64,000 bases of DNA from the human T2T-CHM13v2.0 reference genome, Homo sapiens: contig CP086569.2 of assembly GCA_009914755.4 (NCBI GenBank), forward strand, positions 62,176,001 through 62,240,000. The letters are read 5' to 3'. Under the pieces are notes generated by a model. It made no database searches. It had not been told where the DNA came from and saw only the letters and a list, made by a program, of their open reading frames with translations. A program made the position numbers and the translations under genes. Below are positions 41,565-52,839 of the stretch, piece after piece. Within the stretch, counting starts at the first letter, position 1. Each line of letters begins with the position of its first letter.

Positions 41565-42329
41565 TTAGAAAGCTTCTAGATTGCTGAACACCTGGAGGTT
41601 CCTGGAGGATGACAATCCCAGAGAGGGCAGGAAGCTCCATGCCTCTTCCCCAATACCTTGCCCTAGGCATCTCTTCATTGGTATCCTTTGTAATATCCTT
41701 TGTAATAAACCAGCAAAAGAGTAAGTGTTATCCTGAGTGCTGTGAACCACTCCAGCAAATTACTCAAACCCAGAGAGGGTGTCATGAGAACTCCTGATTT
41801 ATAGCTGATCAGTCATGGGTCACAACTTGGAGCTTGCAATTGGCATCCGAAGTAGAGCAGTCTTGTGAGACTGAGCCCTTAACCTGTGGGATCTGATGCT
41901 AACTCCAGGTAGATAGCATCAGAACTGAATTAAATTGTAGGACACCCAGCCTAGTGTCCACTGGAGAATTGCTTGGTGTGTAGGGAAAACCCCACACACA
42001 TCTGGTGTCAGAAGTTTTATGTTAAACAACTGTATGTGAGTAGAGAGAAACTTTTTTCTTCAGATTATCACCTGGAGCAAGTCATTTTTAAATGCGCTCC
42101 TTCTTTGTATGAGAAAATTATTTTCAATGATAATTATGTACATAATCTGTACCTAACCTGTAAAAATTGTTATTTTGTTTTTATTTAGTTTTAAACCAAA
42201 AATTGATTTTAAAAGACTAAATTTCAATCTTAAACATATTCAAGAAGTAAAACATATCATGTGTGAACTAAAAATTTCACTTATCTAGCAAAAATAGTCT
42301 ATCTCACAGCTCATACTGTGTTCTATTGC

Positions 42330-43180
42330 TTTGATTTTTAAATGTTTTTACTTTTTTTTATTTCAATAGCTTTTGGGATATACAGGTTTTTGGTACATGG
42401 ATGAATTATATAGTGGTAAATTCTGAGATTTTAGTGCACTCATCACCCGAGTAGTGCACATTGTACTCAATATGTAGTTTTTTTATCCCTCATCCGCCTG
42501 CCCCCTCCCCCTTTCTGAGTCTTCAATGTCCATTTTACCACTCTGTATGCCTTTGCATACCCATCGCTTAACTCCCACTTGTACGTGTGAATATATGGTA
42601 TTTGGTTTCCCATTCCTGAGTTACCTCACTTAGAATAATGACCTCCAACTTCATCCAAGTTGCTGCAAAAGACATTATTTCGCTCTTTTTTTCTGGCTAA
42701 GTAGTATTCCATGGTGTATATATACCACATTTTCTTTATCCATTCACCAGTTGATGGGTTGGTTCTTAGGTTAGTTCTATATCTTTGTAATTGTGATTGT
42801 GCTGTGATAAACATACAAGTACAGGTGTCTTTGATACAATGACTTCTTTCCCTTTGAGTAGATACCCAGTAGTGGGATTGTTGGATTGAATGGTAGATCT
42901 ACTTTTAGTTCTTTGAGAAATATCCATACTGTTTTCCATAGAGGTTGTACTAATTTACATTCCTACCAGTAGTGTTAAGCCTTTTCTTTTCACCATATCC
43001 ACACTAACATCTATTGTTTTTTGACTTTTTAATAATTGCTATTCTGGCTGGGGTAAGGTGGTATCTCATTATGGTTTTAATTTGCATTTCCTTGATGATT
43101 AATTATGTTGAGCATTTTTTTCATACATTTCTTGGCCATTTGTATATCTTTTTTGAGAAGTGTCTATTTATATCAAAACT
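42330..43180 (-). mobile_element. L1 (L1PB/L1MA-like) 3' end, minus orientation
   Basis: Antisense L1 3'UTR and ORF2 end: '...tttcaatagcttttgggatatacaggtttttggtacatggatgaattatatagtggtaaattctgagattttagtgcactcatcaccc...tagtattccatggtgtatatataccacattttctttatccattcaccagttgatgggttggttc...aggtggtatctcattatggttttaatttgcatttccttgatgattaattatgttgagcattttttcatacatttcttggccatttgtatatcttttttgagaagtgtctatttat'. Confidence 0.9.
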
Positions 43181-43344
43181 CCAAGTGACCAAACAAAATT
43201 ATGAAATTGAAATAACTCAAGTTTTTTTCTTAATCTTTACAATCACTGTGCTGTCATTGTTTCAGATCCACAATTTAAATGCAGAAATATGTAGTACTAA
43301 AGAGGTTGGATGACACAAACTGCCCTCAGTGGGCTTGAATGATT

Positions 43345-43800
43345 AGAGACCACTGTAAACTGACTCCCTGTATTAGGAAGTTCTTGCATTGCTACAAAGA
43401 AATACCTGGGACTAGGTAATTTATAAAGAAAAGAGGTTTAACTTGCTATGGTTCTGCAGACTTTATAGGAAGTGTGGTGCTGACATCTGTTTGGCTTCTA
43501 GGGAGGCCTCAGGAAGCTTTACAATCGTGATGTAAGGTGAAGGGGGAACAGGCACGTCACACTGTGAAAGCAGGAGCAACAGCAAAAAGGGGGAGGTGCC
43601 ATACACTTTTAAATGCCCAGATCTTGTGAGAACTCACTCACTATCACAGTACCAAGGGGATGGTACTAAACCATTTATGAGAAAACCACCCCCATGATCC
43701 AATCACCTCCCACCAGGCCCCACCTCCAACATTGGAGATTACAATTCAATATGAGATGTGGGTGGGGACACAGATCCAAACCGTATCACTCCCCAAATGA
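43345..43800 (-). mobile_element. MaLR LTR of the THE1/MST family (solo LTR, minus orientation)
   Basis: Reverse complement of the THE1/MST consensus: 'tgtattagg..gttcttgcattgctacaaagaaatacctgggactaggtaatttataaagaaaagaggtttaa...ggaggcctcaggaagctttacaatcgtg...ccatgatccaatcacctcccaccaggccccacctccaacattggagattacaattcaatatgagatgtgggtggggacacagatccaaaccgtatca'. Confidence 0.85.
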
Positions 43801-43879
43801 ATGTGTGTAGCTGAGTCTACATATGTCATGGGCTGACTGCAGAATTGGCCTTACTCTGAATTAATTTATATCTAGAATT

Positions 43880-44830
43880 AAAGGTTAAATGATCAAAATA
43901 TGCTAACTTGAAGGTTACATTTAAATTGTTAATAGTCAACAATAACAGTATCGAATGTCCAGAATTTAGCCCAACAAAAGAGTTTTAATCAACAAAAGGG
44001 TAGGAAAGAATCATATTAAGCAAATATTAGGAAAAGAAAACTGGTATACCTACATTAATTTCAGATAAAACATACTTTTCTACAAAAATACTATTAGGTA
44101 TAGAGAGGATCACTACCTAATGGTAAATGTTCAATTCACTGCAAAGTTAGAGAAATTTTAAACATATTAGTACCTAATAAATAGCCTCAAAAATATGAAG
44201 CAAAAAATTGATAGAATTGCAGGGATAAATGAACAAACATACTACATAGAGAGAGATATTAATACTCCTCTTTCAATTAGGTCAAGGCAATAAAAAATTC
44301 AGAAGAATATATAAGATATCTTTATCGCAACTAAGAAGTTTGACTTAAACTTACTAATGCTGACCCCCAACATATAAAGAGTTTGAATAGTCTTTGAAAC
44401 ATAAAATGAATTAAAGCAGTATTTTAAAATAGTCCTACAAAGAAAACACCTTTTTTGTACAGGCAAGTTCAACTACATTTTGAGAAGATCATCTAAATTT
44501 TAATCAAACTCTTCTAACAATAGAAAAGAAGGAAAGCTTCTAACTTATTAAAGCAGCATAATCATGATATGAAAACCAAAGATATTACATGAAAGGAAAA
44601 TGACATGTCCACTTTATTTATGAATATAAATGCACAAGTTCTACATGAAATATTACTAACTGAATTTAATGGTTCATTTTATGTTAGGGATGTAAACGTA
44701 GCTTAATATTAGAAGGCGTATAAAGGTAATTGACTAAACTAACAGATTAAAAGAAAAAACTGCATGATAATTTATTATAGAAAAAGTTTATGATAACATT
44801 TTGACTGTGGAAAACAATGCAGTTTATTTT
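43880..44830 (+). mobile_element. Old L1 (L1M) internal fragment, sense
   Basis: A-rich L1M-like sequence with ORF1/ORF2-junction-type motifs; low confidence on the exact extent. Confidence 0.5.
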
Positions 44831-46496
44831 CCACTGGTCAGGAACAAGAAAAATATAGTCCTGATGAGTGCCATCAGCCATCCTATGACTTTAAAGACAG
44901 CCGTTCTTAAAATGATTCTGACTCTGTGGATGGCAGAATTCAAGGGAGAGATTTAAACAAGAGATATACATTTTGTATTATCAGCATATAGATGGTATTT
45001 AGAGCTATAAGACTGATTGAGGGAGGGGAATGAATGTAGATAGAGAAGAATAGAGATGCAAGGATGGAACCCCAACGTTTGTAAGTTACTCAGTGAGCCT
45101 TATGGGAATCAGCTGAAACTTATCTTAAAGGGCCAGAGTGAAAAAAGAGAATAAATTCAGTGACCCTAACAAACAAGCAAATCCCAGGTTCTCTAGGAGT
45201 CAGAACCATATAAAACGAAGGGTTCATAAATGCCTAAAGATATATGCTCAGGCATGCTCAGGTGTTGGATTTCTGTAATCCAGGGGAGGATGCTATTTCT
45301 GAGAAAGACTAGACTAAGTTTTCCTCCAGGGGAGGAGAATATCTGTCACCTAGGCTCAAAGGGATAAATTGGGTAGGTCTGAGGATGGGGTTAAAGTCAA
45401 AATGGTCATGTCATTTTATAGGTTTAATTTTCAGTATTGCCTATACCTAAGGTTGGGGTGGAAGAATAAGTAGATACAAGAAAATTTTCCCTAGGGATTA
45501 CCAGGAGTGCTGATTGAAAGTAAATTAAGGAAAAAATGAACTGCATTTTCTATCATATGTGTTTCCAAAATTAACTGCCCTATGGATATCTTATGTAAAA
45601 TGGTAGCCAGAGGACAGAGGTGAATTAGAACAGTTGCACAGGGAAACATAGGGACCCTGATATATGTTTATTTTTAATTAGACACCACACGGGTTAATTA
45701 TATGGGGTCATTAGAAGAATAACTGCTCCAGATTCTCTCTCTGGTATGTGCAAAAGTGATGAGCCACAATAGCAGATGTACTTTCCCAGCAACAAAAATA
45801 CTAAACCCTACAGTTTAAGTAGAACACCACTAAACTGGAATTGGTCCAGAATATAAGGAAAGTGATAGGATGGGAAATCAAATAGGTGCAGGAGTTTTTA
45901 GCCTGAAGAAAGAAATGATTCCAGGGTAGCAGGACCATTGTCTACAAATATTCAAAAAGTTGCCATGTAAAAGATGAGAGACAATTGATTTGTGTATCTT
46001 TAGTGGCAAAAGGAACCAGTTGAAGTTGTGAAGCTGATTATTTAACATCAACATAAGGTACAGTTCTAGTTGTCCAACAATTGAATAGTCTGCCTCATTA
46101 AGTAATGGGCTCCCATTCAAACAACACTTAAGAAGATATAGAATGATTCTTACTTGGGATGCTGGTGAGCTTATTACAGCATTGAATAGCTGTTGGATGA
46201 GAGAAACTTTAAGATCTAATTTCAGACTCTTTTACTTTATGAAAAAATACTCTTTCATTTTATTGAATTCAACCCCACATGTCATCAATGGAATTTGTAT
46301 TCCCTTGAAGATTTATGTCATCGCAGTTTTCTTTTCCTTTCTTTCAAATAATTAACAAAACCATTGAAAGACACAATATGGCCTTTCAGACATTTAGCAA
46401 TCTATGAAGGAAAACAATTTGGACACAATTGCACATGATAAGTATGCAAAGTGTTTAGTGAATTAATCTGCTATGACTTTCTTTAAAAATACCATT

Positions 46497-46793
<297 letters not shown>

Positions 46794-47039
46794 TCAGCCC
46801 CACATTCATTATCTTATTCACAAGAATAGTATCCAAATACATTTAATATACCAAACTAGAAGCCTATCAAGAAATGGAAATAATAACAATAAAAACAGCT
46901 AAGACAGTAATAATTTACCATGTACCAGGTAATCTTTTAAACCTTTTGCATATATGACTTTACCACACCCCCTGAAGTAAATAATATTGTTAGCTTCATC
47001 TTAAAAATGAGGAAACAGAAGGATAAAGAATGTATGCAT

Positions 47040-47110
47040 CTTGCTCAAGCACAGACAGCGACTAAATTGTAGAGCCAGGATTCAAACCCAGGAAGTCCTG
47101 CTCCCTAGCC
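47040..47110. repeat. MIR fragment
   Basis: 'gtagagccaggattcaaacccaggaagtcctgctccctagccggtgttactaataacttcactc'. Confidence 0.5.
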
Positions 47111-50042
47111 GGTGTTACTAATAACTTCACTCTATAGTTTGGCATAACTTGGTTCAAGATGGTTACATGTAATTACTCCCACTCTTCTAAATTAGAAAAA
47201 AAAGATGATTTTTACAAGTAACATGTAAATATCTTTTCATTATAAAATTAAAACATTACTTATAAAGCTAAAAAGTTATCTTGATTAGCCTCCAAACCCA
47301 GTATCCTACCCAAATATAGCCAATGTTATCTGATTGTTCTATATTATTTGAAGTATTTTTAAATTTTTATACATATATACAAATATATGCATACACATGT
47401 GCACATATACAGGTTTTTTAAAGGTATAAAATAGAAATAAAAGTATTCCTCTGCAACTTGCTTTCCTTATTCAACAATATATCTTGAAGACCTTTTAGTT
47501 ATAGTACATAGAGCTATCCCACATTCTTTTTAACTGTTGCATAATATTCATAGTATGGAAATATTTTTAATTTAGCCATTCCCATGTTGATGGACATTTA
47601 GGTTGCTTCAATTATTTTGCTGTTATAAACAAGGCTGTGGGAGAGTCCTTGTGTATGTCTGTTTTTGCCCATGTGCAAATATTACCTTAAGGTAGACACA
47701 GAGAAGTGGAATTGCTTGGCCACTTGGGGATGTGCATTTTAATTTTAAGGCATATTGCTAAGTTGTCATCCAAAATAGCTGAACAAACTTACACTCCTTT
47801 TAGGAGTGGGCGAAACTGCAGAAAACAGAATAGCATCTACCTAATCTAGGAAGTGTTGAAGAAATAGATTAAAGATGACATATTAAAGACATATTAAAGA
47901 TAAGATCACATAGAGAGTGTGTAAACTATGGAATCTGGTGACATCCAAAAACATATCTCCAATCTGACCTCTCAGCTGAATACCTGACTTATGTGTCCAA
48001 CCATCTGCTTGGTATCTATTCTTCTATGTCTAGTAGGCATTTCAAATCTAATGTATCAAAAACAGAACTTGTAATCTGCCACACTCCCCTTGGCCTGATA
48101 AAAACCTGTTTCTTTCTCTGGCTTTCCTATATCACTAACTGGTATCACCATGCACCTAATTGCTCCAGCCAAAAACCTAGGTTTTTAGCCAATAGTGCTC
48201 CCTCTACAGCCACCACCTACCACCCCACATTTTGAAATAAGACCAAGATGTATCATTTCATCCATAAATATTTCAGCAAGTACCTCTAAAAGATAGGGAC
48301 TAATTTTTAAACATAATCACAATATCACATCTAAAGATAACTATTCCTTAATCATATCTAAAGATACTGTATCTAAGGGTAAGTATTCCTTAATATCATA
48401 TAATATCCATTTACTATCAAAATTTCTCTGGTTGTCTCCTACATTTTTTACAGTTTGTTTGCTTGAATCAGGATCCAAAGAAGGTGGATATATTGGAGTC
48501 GATTATTATATCTCTTTAATCTTTTAATTATAGGTTTCACTTCTCTTCTCCTTCCTTTTAATGTCTTTGTGGAAGAACCAGTTGTTTGTCCTGTAAAATT
48601 TCCCACACTCTGGATTTTGCTAATTGCTCCTTCCCCAAGGTGTCTTCCTTAACTCAGTAACTGATATCACCACTCACCAGTTCCTCTGACCCTGTATTTC
48701 CTATAGGTTGGTGTAGAGGTTTATCAGATACAAATGCAAATTTTAGCAAGAATAAATCATACGTGGTGTCCTTTATACTTCCTACTGCATCACGTCAGGA
48801 GGCACATATGTCTGGTTGTCTCTCTTTTTTTGTTAGGTTAACACTAATTAGTTTGTTCATGTATTGTCACCCTGATCTATCTATTATAAACTTCCCAATT
48901 AACTTTTCACCTAATAATTTTAGCAGTTTTTGATGATCTTTGCCTATAGCTGTCATTTCATTATAGTTTGCAAAGTGGTACTATCCTGTCATCCTTCCTG
49001 CATTTATAAACTGGGATTCCTCTATAAAGAAGAACTTTTCCATATCAACTATTTGGTTACCCTGAAGTACTTTCGTCAAGAAAGGCAGAATAAATGTTTG
49101 ATTCTTTTTTATTTACCCATTATAATGGATGGTTATTTCTGAAATAATGGGATGTAACAAATAACCCCCCAAATCTCAGTGACTTACAAGTATTTATTTC
49201 TTGTTCTTAGTCATTTGTGGTTTCTGTGGGCTCTACTGGGCTTGGCTAGGCTTGGCTCCAGAATAAGGGTTGAATTCAAGTCTGCCCCGTGCATCTTATT
49301 ACTGTGTGATCGCATCGAAGGCTACCCAGGGCATATTCTTTTCATGGAAGATAACAGAAGTACAAGAACAAACAAGTACATCGAAAGCCTCTGCTTGCAC
49401 CACGTCCACTCACATTCCAATATACAACATAAGTTATACAGCCAAGCCAAATATACTAGAATGTTGTATTGTCTACCTTTATACTAGAGTGTTGAGCTCA
49501 AAACTGTTGGGGTGATCGGACCCAGCACCAGGTTGTGGGGGTGATGAAGTCCAGTGGAGTCAAAGGAATGAGAAAAGACAGTTTGAGAAAGTGGGTCCAG
49601 GCGGCCATTGCTAAGTATGGAGGCTGCAAAGTCCCCGAGCTCTGGAAGTCCAGACGATTTATTAGTGATCAGACAAAGAAACAGGTGGTGAAAATGTGGG
49701 GGTCGAAAGGATATGTTGCATTAAGCACATGATTTACAGCTGTGATGGTTTAGCATTGATATGGCCAATTCTAAGACACAATCAATCTAGGAGCCTGAGA
49801 GGGCTAGAAGCAAGGAGCCAGCAAGTCTAGACACATTCCAGAGGCCATGAAGGGTTTTATGCCCTGGGCTTAGATTATGGTGCATCAGGGTAGCCTTCCA
49901 CCCTTTAGCACAGAGCTTGGTGTTCCAAAGGCCACGAGAGGTTTTAGACCCTGGACCTTGGACATGTTCCAAGACTCTTTTACATTATTTCAGACATGCA
50001 AGCCCTGCCTCTGTTTCTCCCAACACTCAGCTTCTCCCAACA

Positions 50043-50060
50043 TGCCCCCCTTTTCTTTTT
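50043..50060 (-). promoter_or_regulatory. Polypurine tract of the HERV-K-type element
   Basis: Minus-strand reading aaaaaagaaaagggggg followed by 'ca' and the 3' LTR TGTTGGGAG... Confidence 0.7.
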
Positions 50061-50146
50061 TGTAAAACCGCCACAGCTATCATTGCTTGTTCTTGATGGC
50101 AGCTTTCTCTTCGGAGGTGGCTTCCTCTTCAGAGGCGGCTTCCTCT

Positions 50147-50530
50147 TCAGAGGCAGCTTCCACATCTGCAGACTAAAAGGAGACAGCACAAGCATACAAC
50201 CACCAGAAAAAAATCCACAAACGTAGAGCCTCCAATGGCCTTCAACTGTAAATCTTTTGGAATGGGATAAGAGTTTTTAAGGATCTCAGTTGCAATATAA
50301 ATAGAGGGCGATGTCTCCCATGGTCTATTTAGAGACACAGGGATCCAAACTCCTTCCCTGGCTTTAATTATCAAGATAATTTGATTTTTATCAAAGGTTG
50401 AATTAATGCAGGTAAACAAGCGACATTCGGGGCATGTAATAAAATGTGTATTTATATCAAGAGTAACATTTCCTATTGCTAGCGCAACTTTGAATCCAAA
50501 AGGTCCTGTCGGAGAGAAAAGAAAGAGCAT
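50147..50530 (-). pseudogene. Remnant of the retroviral env TM C-terminus (membrane-spanning segment and cytoplasmic tail start)
   Basis: The ORF ends ...[28 protein letters not shown], compared with the HERV-K Env ...[21 protein letters not shown]; positioned just 5' of the PPT, as the env 3' end should be. Confidence 0.6.
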
Positions 50531-50649
50531 CTTTATCCTTCCTTGCCTCCTCCTCTCTATTCCTTTTATATTTGCCCTCTCAGATTTTGATTGGACTTTG
50601 AGCCATAGCTAATTTCCATAATTCAGAATGTTCCTGTCTGTCCCTGCAA

Positions 50650-50900
50650 ATCTCTGCTAGTCTTCACTACTCACTACTCTCTACTTCTGTACCTCTTTAA
50701 GGCACTGACCAGAACCTCTTTAGGGCACTGACCTTATATTACTAGTCTTTACTATTGTACCTCTTTAGGGCACTGACTTTATATTGCTAGTCTTCACCTA
50801 TCTCTATCTGTCCCTGCCTGTCTCTATGGTACCTGTTAGTTCCTGCAAGTTCCCGTCTTTCCCTACTTAGCTGTACTTACTTAGCTCTACTTACTTAGCT
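50650..50900. repeat. Short tandem repeats inside the element interior: a ~45-bp unit (cctctttagggcactgac..ttatattactagtcttcac) in about 2.5 copies, and (tacttacttagctc) twice
   Basis: Direct reading of 50690-50790 and 50860-50900. Confidence 0.75.
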
Positions 50901-51790
50901 CTACCTCTTCCTGGAAACCTTTTTTATGACCCTGGGTAGAGCTCAGAAATCCACCCTTTAAGCTTCAGCAGGAGACAAAACAGGGACCCTGGACCCGGCA
51001 CCAGATTGAAGGGAACAGGAAGTGCTCTCCCCTCCCCAAAGCAGGAAAACCAGAGTTTGGCCCTTGCAAATTTCCACTCCACATCAGCGTCATCCTCAAT
51101 TTCCTGGAGTGAACTGTTGATCATTGCAATTAACATATTTAGCAAAACAATGACCATTGTAACATCATAGACTCCATAAAGAACATAACCAATGTTTTCA
51201 ATGAATTTGTGGCTATAGTTGATGACCACTGATTTCACTGCAGAAAGCACAAATGTAGCCCAGAACAGTGTCTTAAAACTCTCTTCAACTGTTGTGAAGG
51301 CTTCATTTTGTTTTACATCAATGTAGTAGGAGTAGAGGTTGAACATTCCAATCATAAAGGCCACAAACACCATAATGAATATGAGCATGAACCTGAAGAT
51401 GTCTTTGACTGCTCCTCCAAGCGACATCTGCAGAGGTCCAAAGCTTTCATTTGCTGGCAAAATACAAGCTATCCCAGAGAAACTCAAAACCACAGCAACT
51501 GCACAAAGACCTTCAGACACCATACGAGGATCCGAGGGGTCCCACTCCCTCCTGGCCAAACTGTAGTATTTCACATTATCTCCCAATGTTACTTTTGTCA
51601 AGTCCTTCAAAGTATCACTTGCATCAGTGATGCTCTGGGCTTTGGAAGCATGCCAGAATGCCCTGAATCTTGCAATGAATGATGCTGATAAAATTGCTAA
51701 CATACCAAAATCAAGCATGTTCCACAACTCAAACAAATATTCCTTGGGGCCTTGAGTCCAAATTTCTTTACATTCAGCCCATATCATGCC
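50899..51790 (-). pseudogene. TRPC6P: TRPC6-derived intronless segment (TRPC6 pseudogene), ~297 codons spanning S5-pore-S6, the TRP box and the start of the C-terminal tail; carried inside the LTR element
   Basis: The minus-strand ORF 50924-51838 reads ...[33 protein letters not shown]...[11 protein letters not shown]...[39 protein letters not shown]...[49 protein letters not shown]...LPVPFNLVP...LLLKLK.WISEL, collinear with human TRPC6 across several exons with no introns. A +1 frameshift after ISEL is followed by HKKGFQE(D/E)(A/V)E in another frame. Similarity starts and stops abruptly, at GMIWAE and at ..QEDAE. Confidence 0.85.
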
Positions 51791-51965
51791 TCTGTGCTCA
51801 TTAAATCTGTTTTTCTCTAGCAGAGGCAGGTTAACCATGAAACTGAAGCTTCAAGATGACTTTACTTGCCCAGGCTCCTTCTAAGTCCTCACTTTGTCTT
51901 CTGTTTCTCTAAATGGGGCCCTCTGAATAAACAAGCCTCAGATTCCCCTGGTCTTACCCCATGCC

Positions 51966-52034
51966 TCACCCTCTTCGTAATAAGTGCCTTAAGAAATTCA
52001 AGTAAGCAGAATGTTTGCTTTCACTTTGTCCCAT
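51966..52034 (-). pseudogene. Remnant of the retroviral gag N-terminus (MGQSESKHSAYLNFLRHLLRRG, then stop)
   Basis: Resembles the HERV-K Gag start MGQTKSKIKSKYASYLSFIKILLKRGG; located ~135 nt 3' of the PBS, as expected for a betaretrovirus-like leader. Confidence 0.6.
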
Positions 52035-52168
52035 CATTGTTAACCTGGTTCTTCCGAGTGCTAAGCTTTCCCACCGAGCTTCTTTCAGTTATCCTCGGGT
52101 GTCCTTTGACAATGCATCCTCCGCTTTCACACGCTCTAGTGTTCCTTCACCGGGATCTTTGTTGCCTC

Positions 52169-52186
52169 ACGTTGGGCAGCCAGGAA
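52169..52186 (-). promoter_or_regulatory. Primer-binding site (tRNA-Lys-like) of the HERV-K-type element
   Basis: Minus-strand reading TGGCTGCCCAACGTGAGG directly abutting the CA end of the 5' LTR. Confidence 0.6.
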
Positions 52187-52839
52187 TGTTGGGGTGATCG
52201 GACCCAACACCAGGTCATGGGAGCGATGAAGTCTGGTGGAGTCAAAGGAATGAGAAAAGACAGTTTGAGAGAGAAAGTGAGTTCAGGGGGCCATCGCTAA
52301 GTATGGAGGCTGTGAAGGCCCCGAGCTCTGGAAGCCCAGACTATTTATTGGTGATCAAAGAAACAGGTGGTGAGAATGTGGGGTTGAAAGGGCGCATTGC
52401 ATTAAGCACAAGATTTACAGCTGTGATGGTTTAGCATATGCTCTGCTACTTGAGATAATGGAGAGCAGGTTCTTTTAACTGAAGATACAATCAATCCTGG
52501 GAGAGCAAGGAGCAAGGAGCCAGCAAGTCTAGACACATTCCAGAGCCACGAGCCCTGGATTCTATCCAAGCCACGAGGGGTTTTATGCCCTGGGCTTAGA
52601 TTATGGTGCATCAGGGTAGCCTTCCACCCTTTAGCACAGAGCTTGGTGTTCCAAAGGCCACGAGGGGTTTTAGACCCTGGACCCCGGACATGTTCCAAGA
52701 CTCTGTTACATTATGTCAGACATGCAAGCCCTGCCTCAGCTTCTCTCCCAACACTCAGCTTTTCCCAACAAAAACTACATTTACTGAAATCCCTTTATTT
52801 GTATGGTTTCATATTAGAAGAAACTGTGTGATTAGGAGG

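Larger units (their letters stand above)
49505..52770 (-). mobile_element. LTR retroelement (HERV-K/HML-type provirus remnant) with an internal transduced TRPC6 cDNA segment; 5' LTR 52770-52187, internal 52186-50043, 3' LTR 50042-49505
   Basis: Two direct repeats about 90% identical: 49505-50042 (538 bp) and 52187-52770 (584 bp). In element orientation each begins TGTTGGGA(A/G)AAGC and ends CCCAACA, resembling the HERV-K LTR start TGTGGGGAAAAGC, and each carries AATAAA. A 5-bp TSD AAAAC lies at 49500-49504 and 52771-52775. The PBS-like TGGCTGCCCAACGTGAGGC lies immediately 3' of the 5' LTR and is close to the HERV-K tRNA-Lys PBS TGGCGCCCAACGTGGGGC. The PPT AAAAAAGAAAAGGGGGG immediately precedes the 3' LTR (reverse complement of 50043-50060). 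Confidence 0.85.

Noticed and set aside
47480-47660. Possible L1 antisense fragment ('...ttagccattcccatgttgatggacatttaggttgcttcaattattttgctgttataaacaaggctgtg')
   Set aside because: Recognisable motif but too short and divergent for a confident boundary; left unannotated.
51308-51682. 124-aa plus-strand ORF, also 51339-51566
   Set aside because: Antisense to the TRPC6-derived segment; no homology of its own.
50899-51790. TRPC6 fragment as a conventional L1-mediated processed pseudogene
   Set aside because: There is no poly(A) tail and no TSD around the fragment itself; it is an internal mRNA piece with both ends at exon boundaries, embedded in and co-oriented with the retroviral element.
49505-52770. 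Interpretation of the two ~550-bp direct repeats as a simple segmental duplication, or as two unrelated solo LTRs
   Set aside because: The repeats share TG...CA termini, an identical 5-bp flanking duplication (AAAAC), and a PBS and PPT placed exactly at their inner edges; together with the gag-start and env-tail remnants this fits one provirus far better than independent events.
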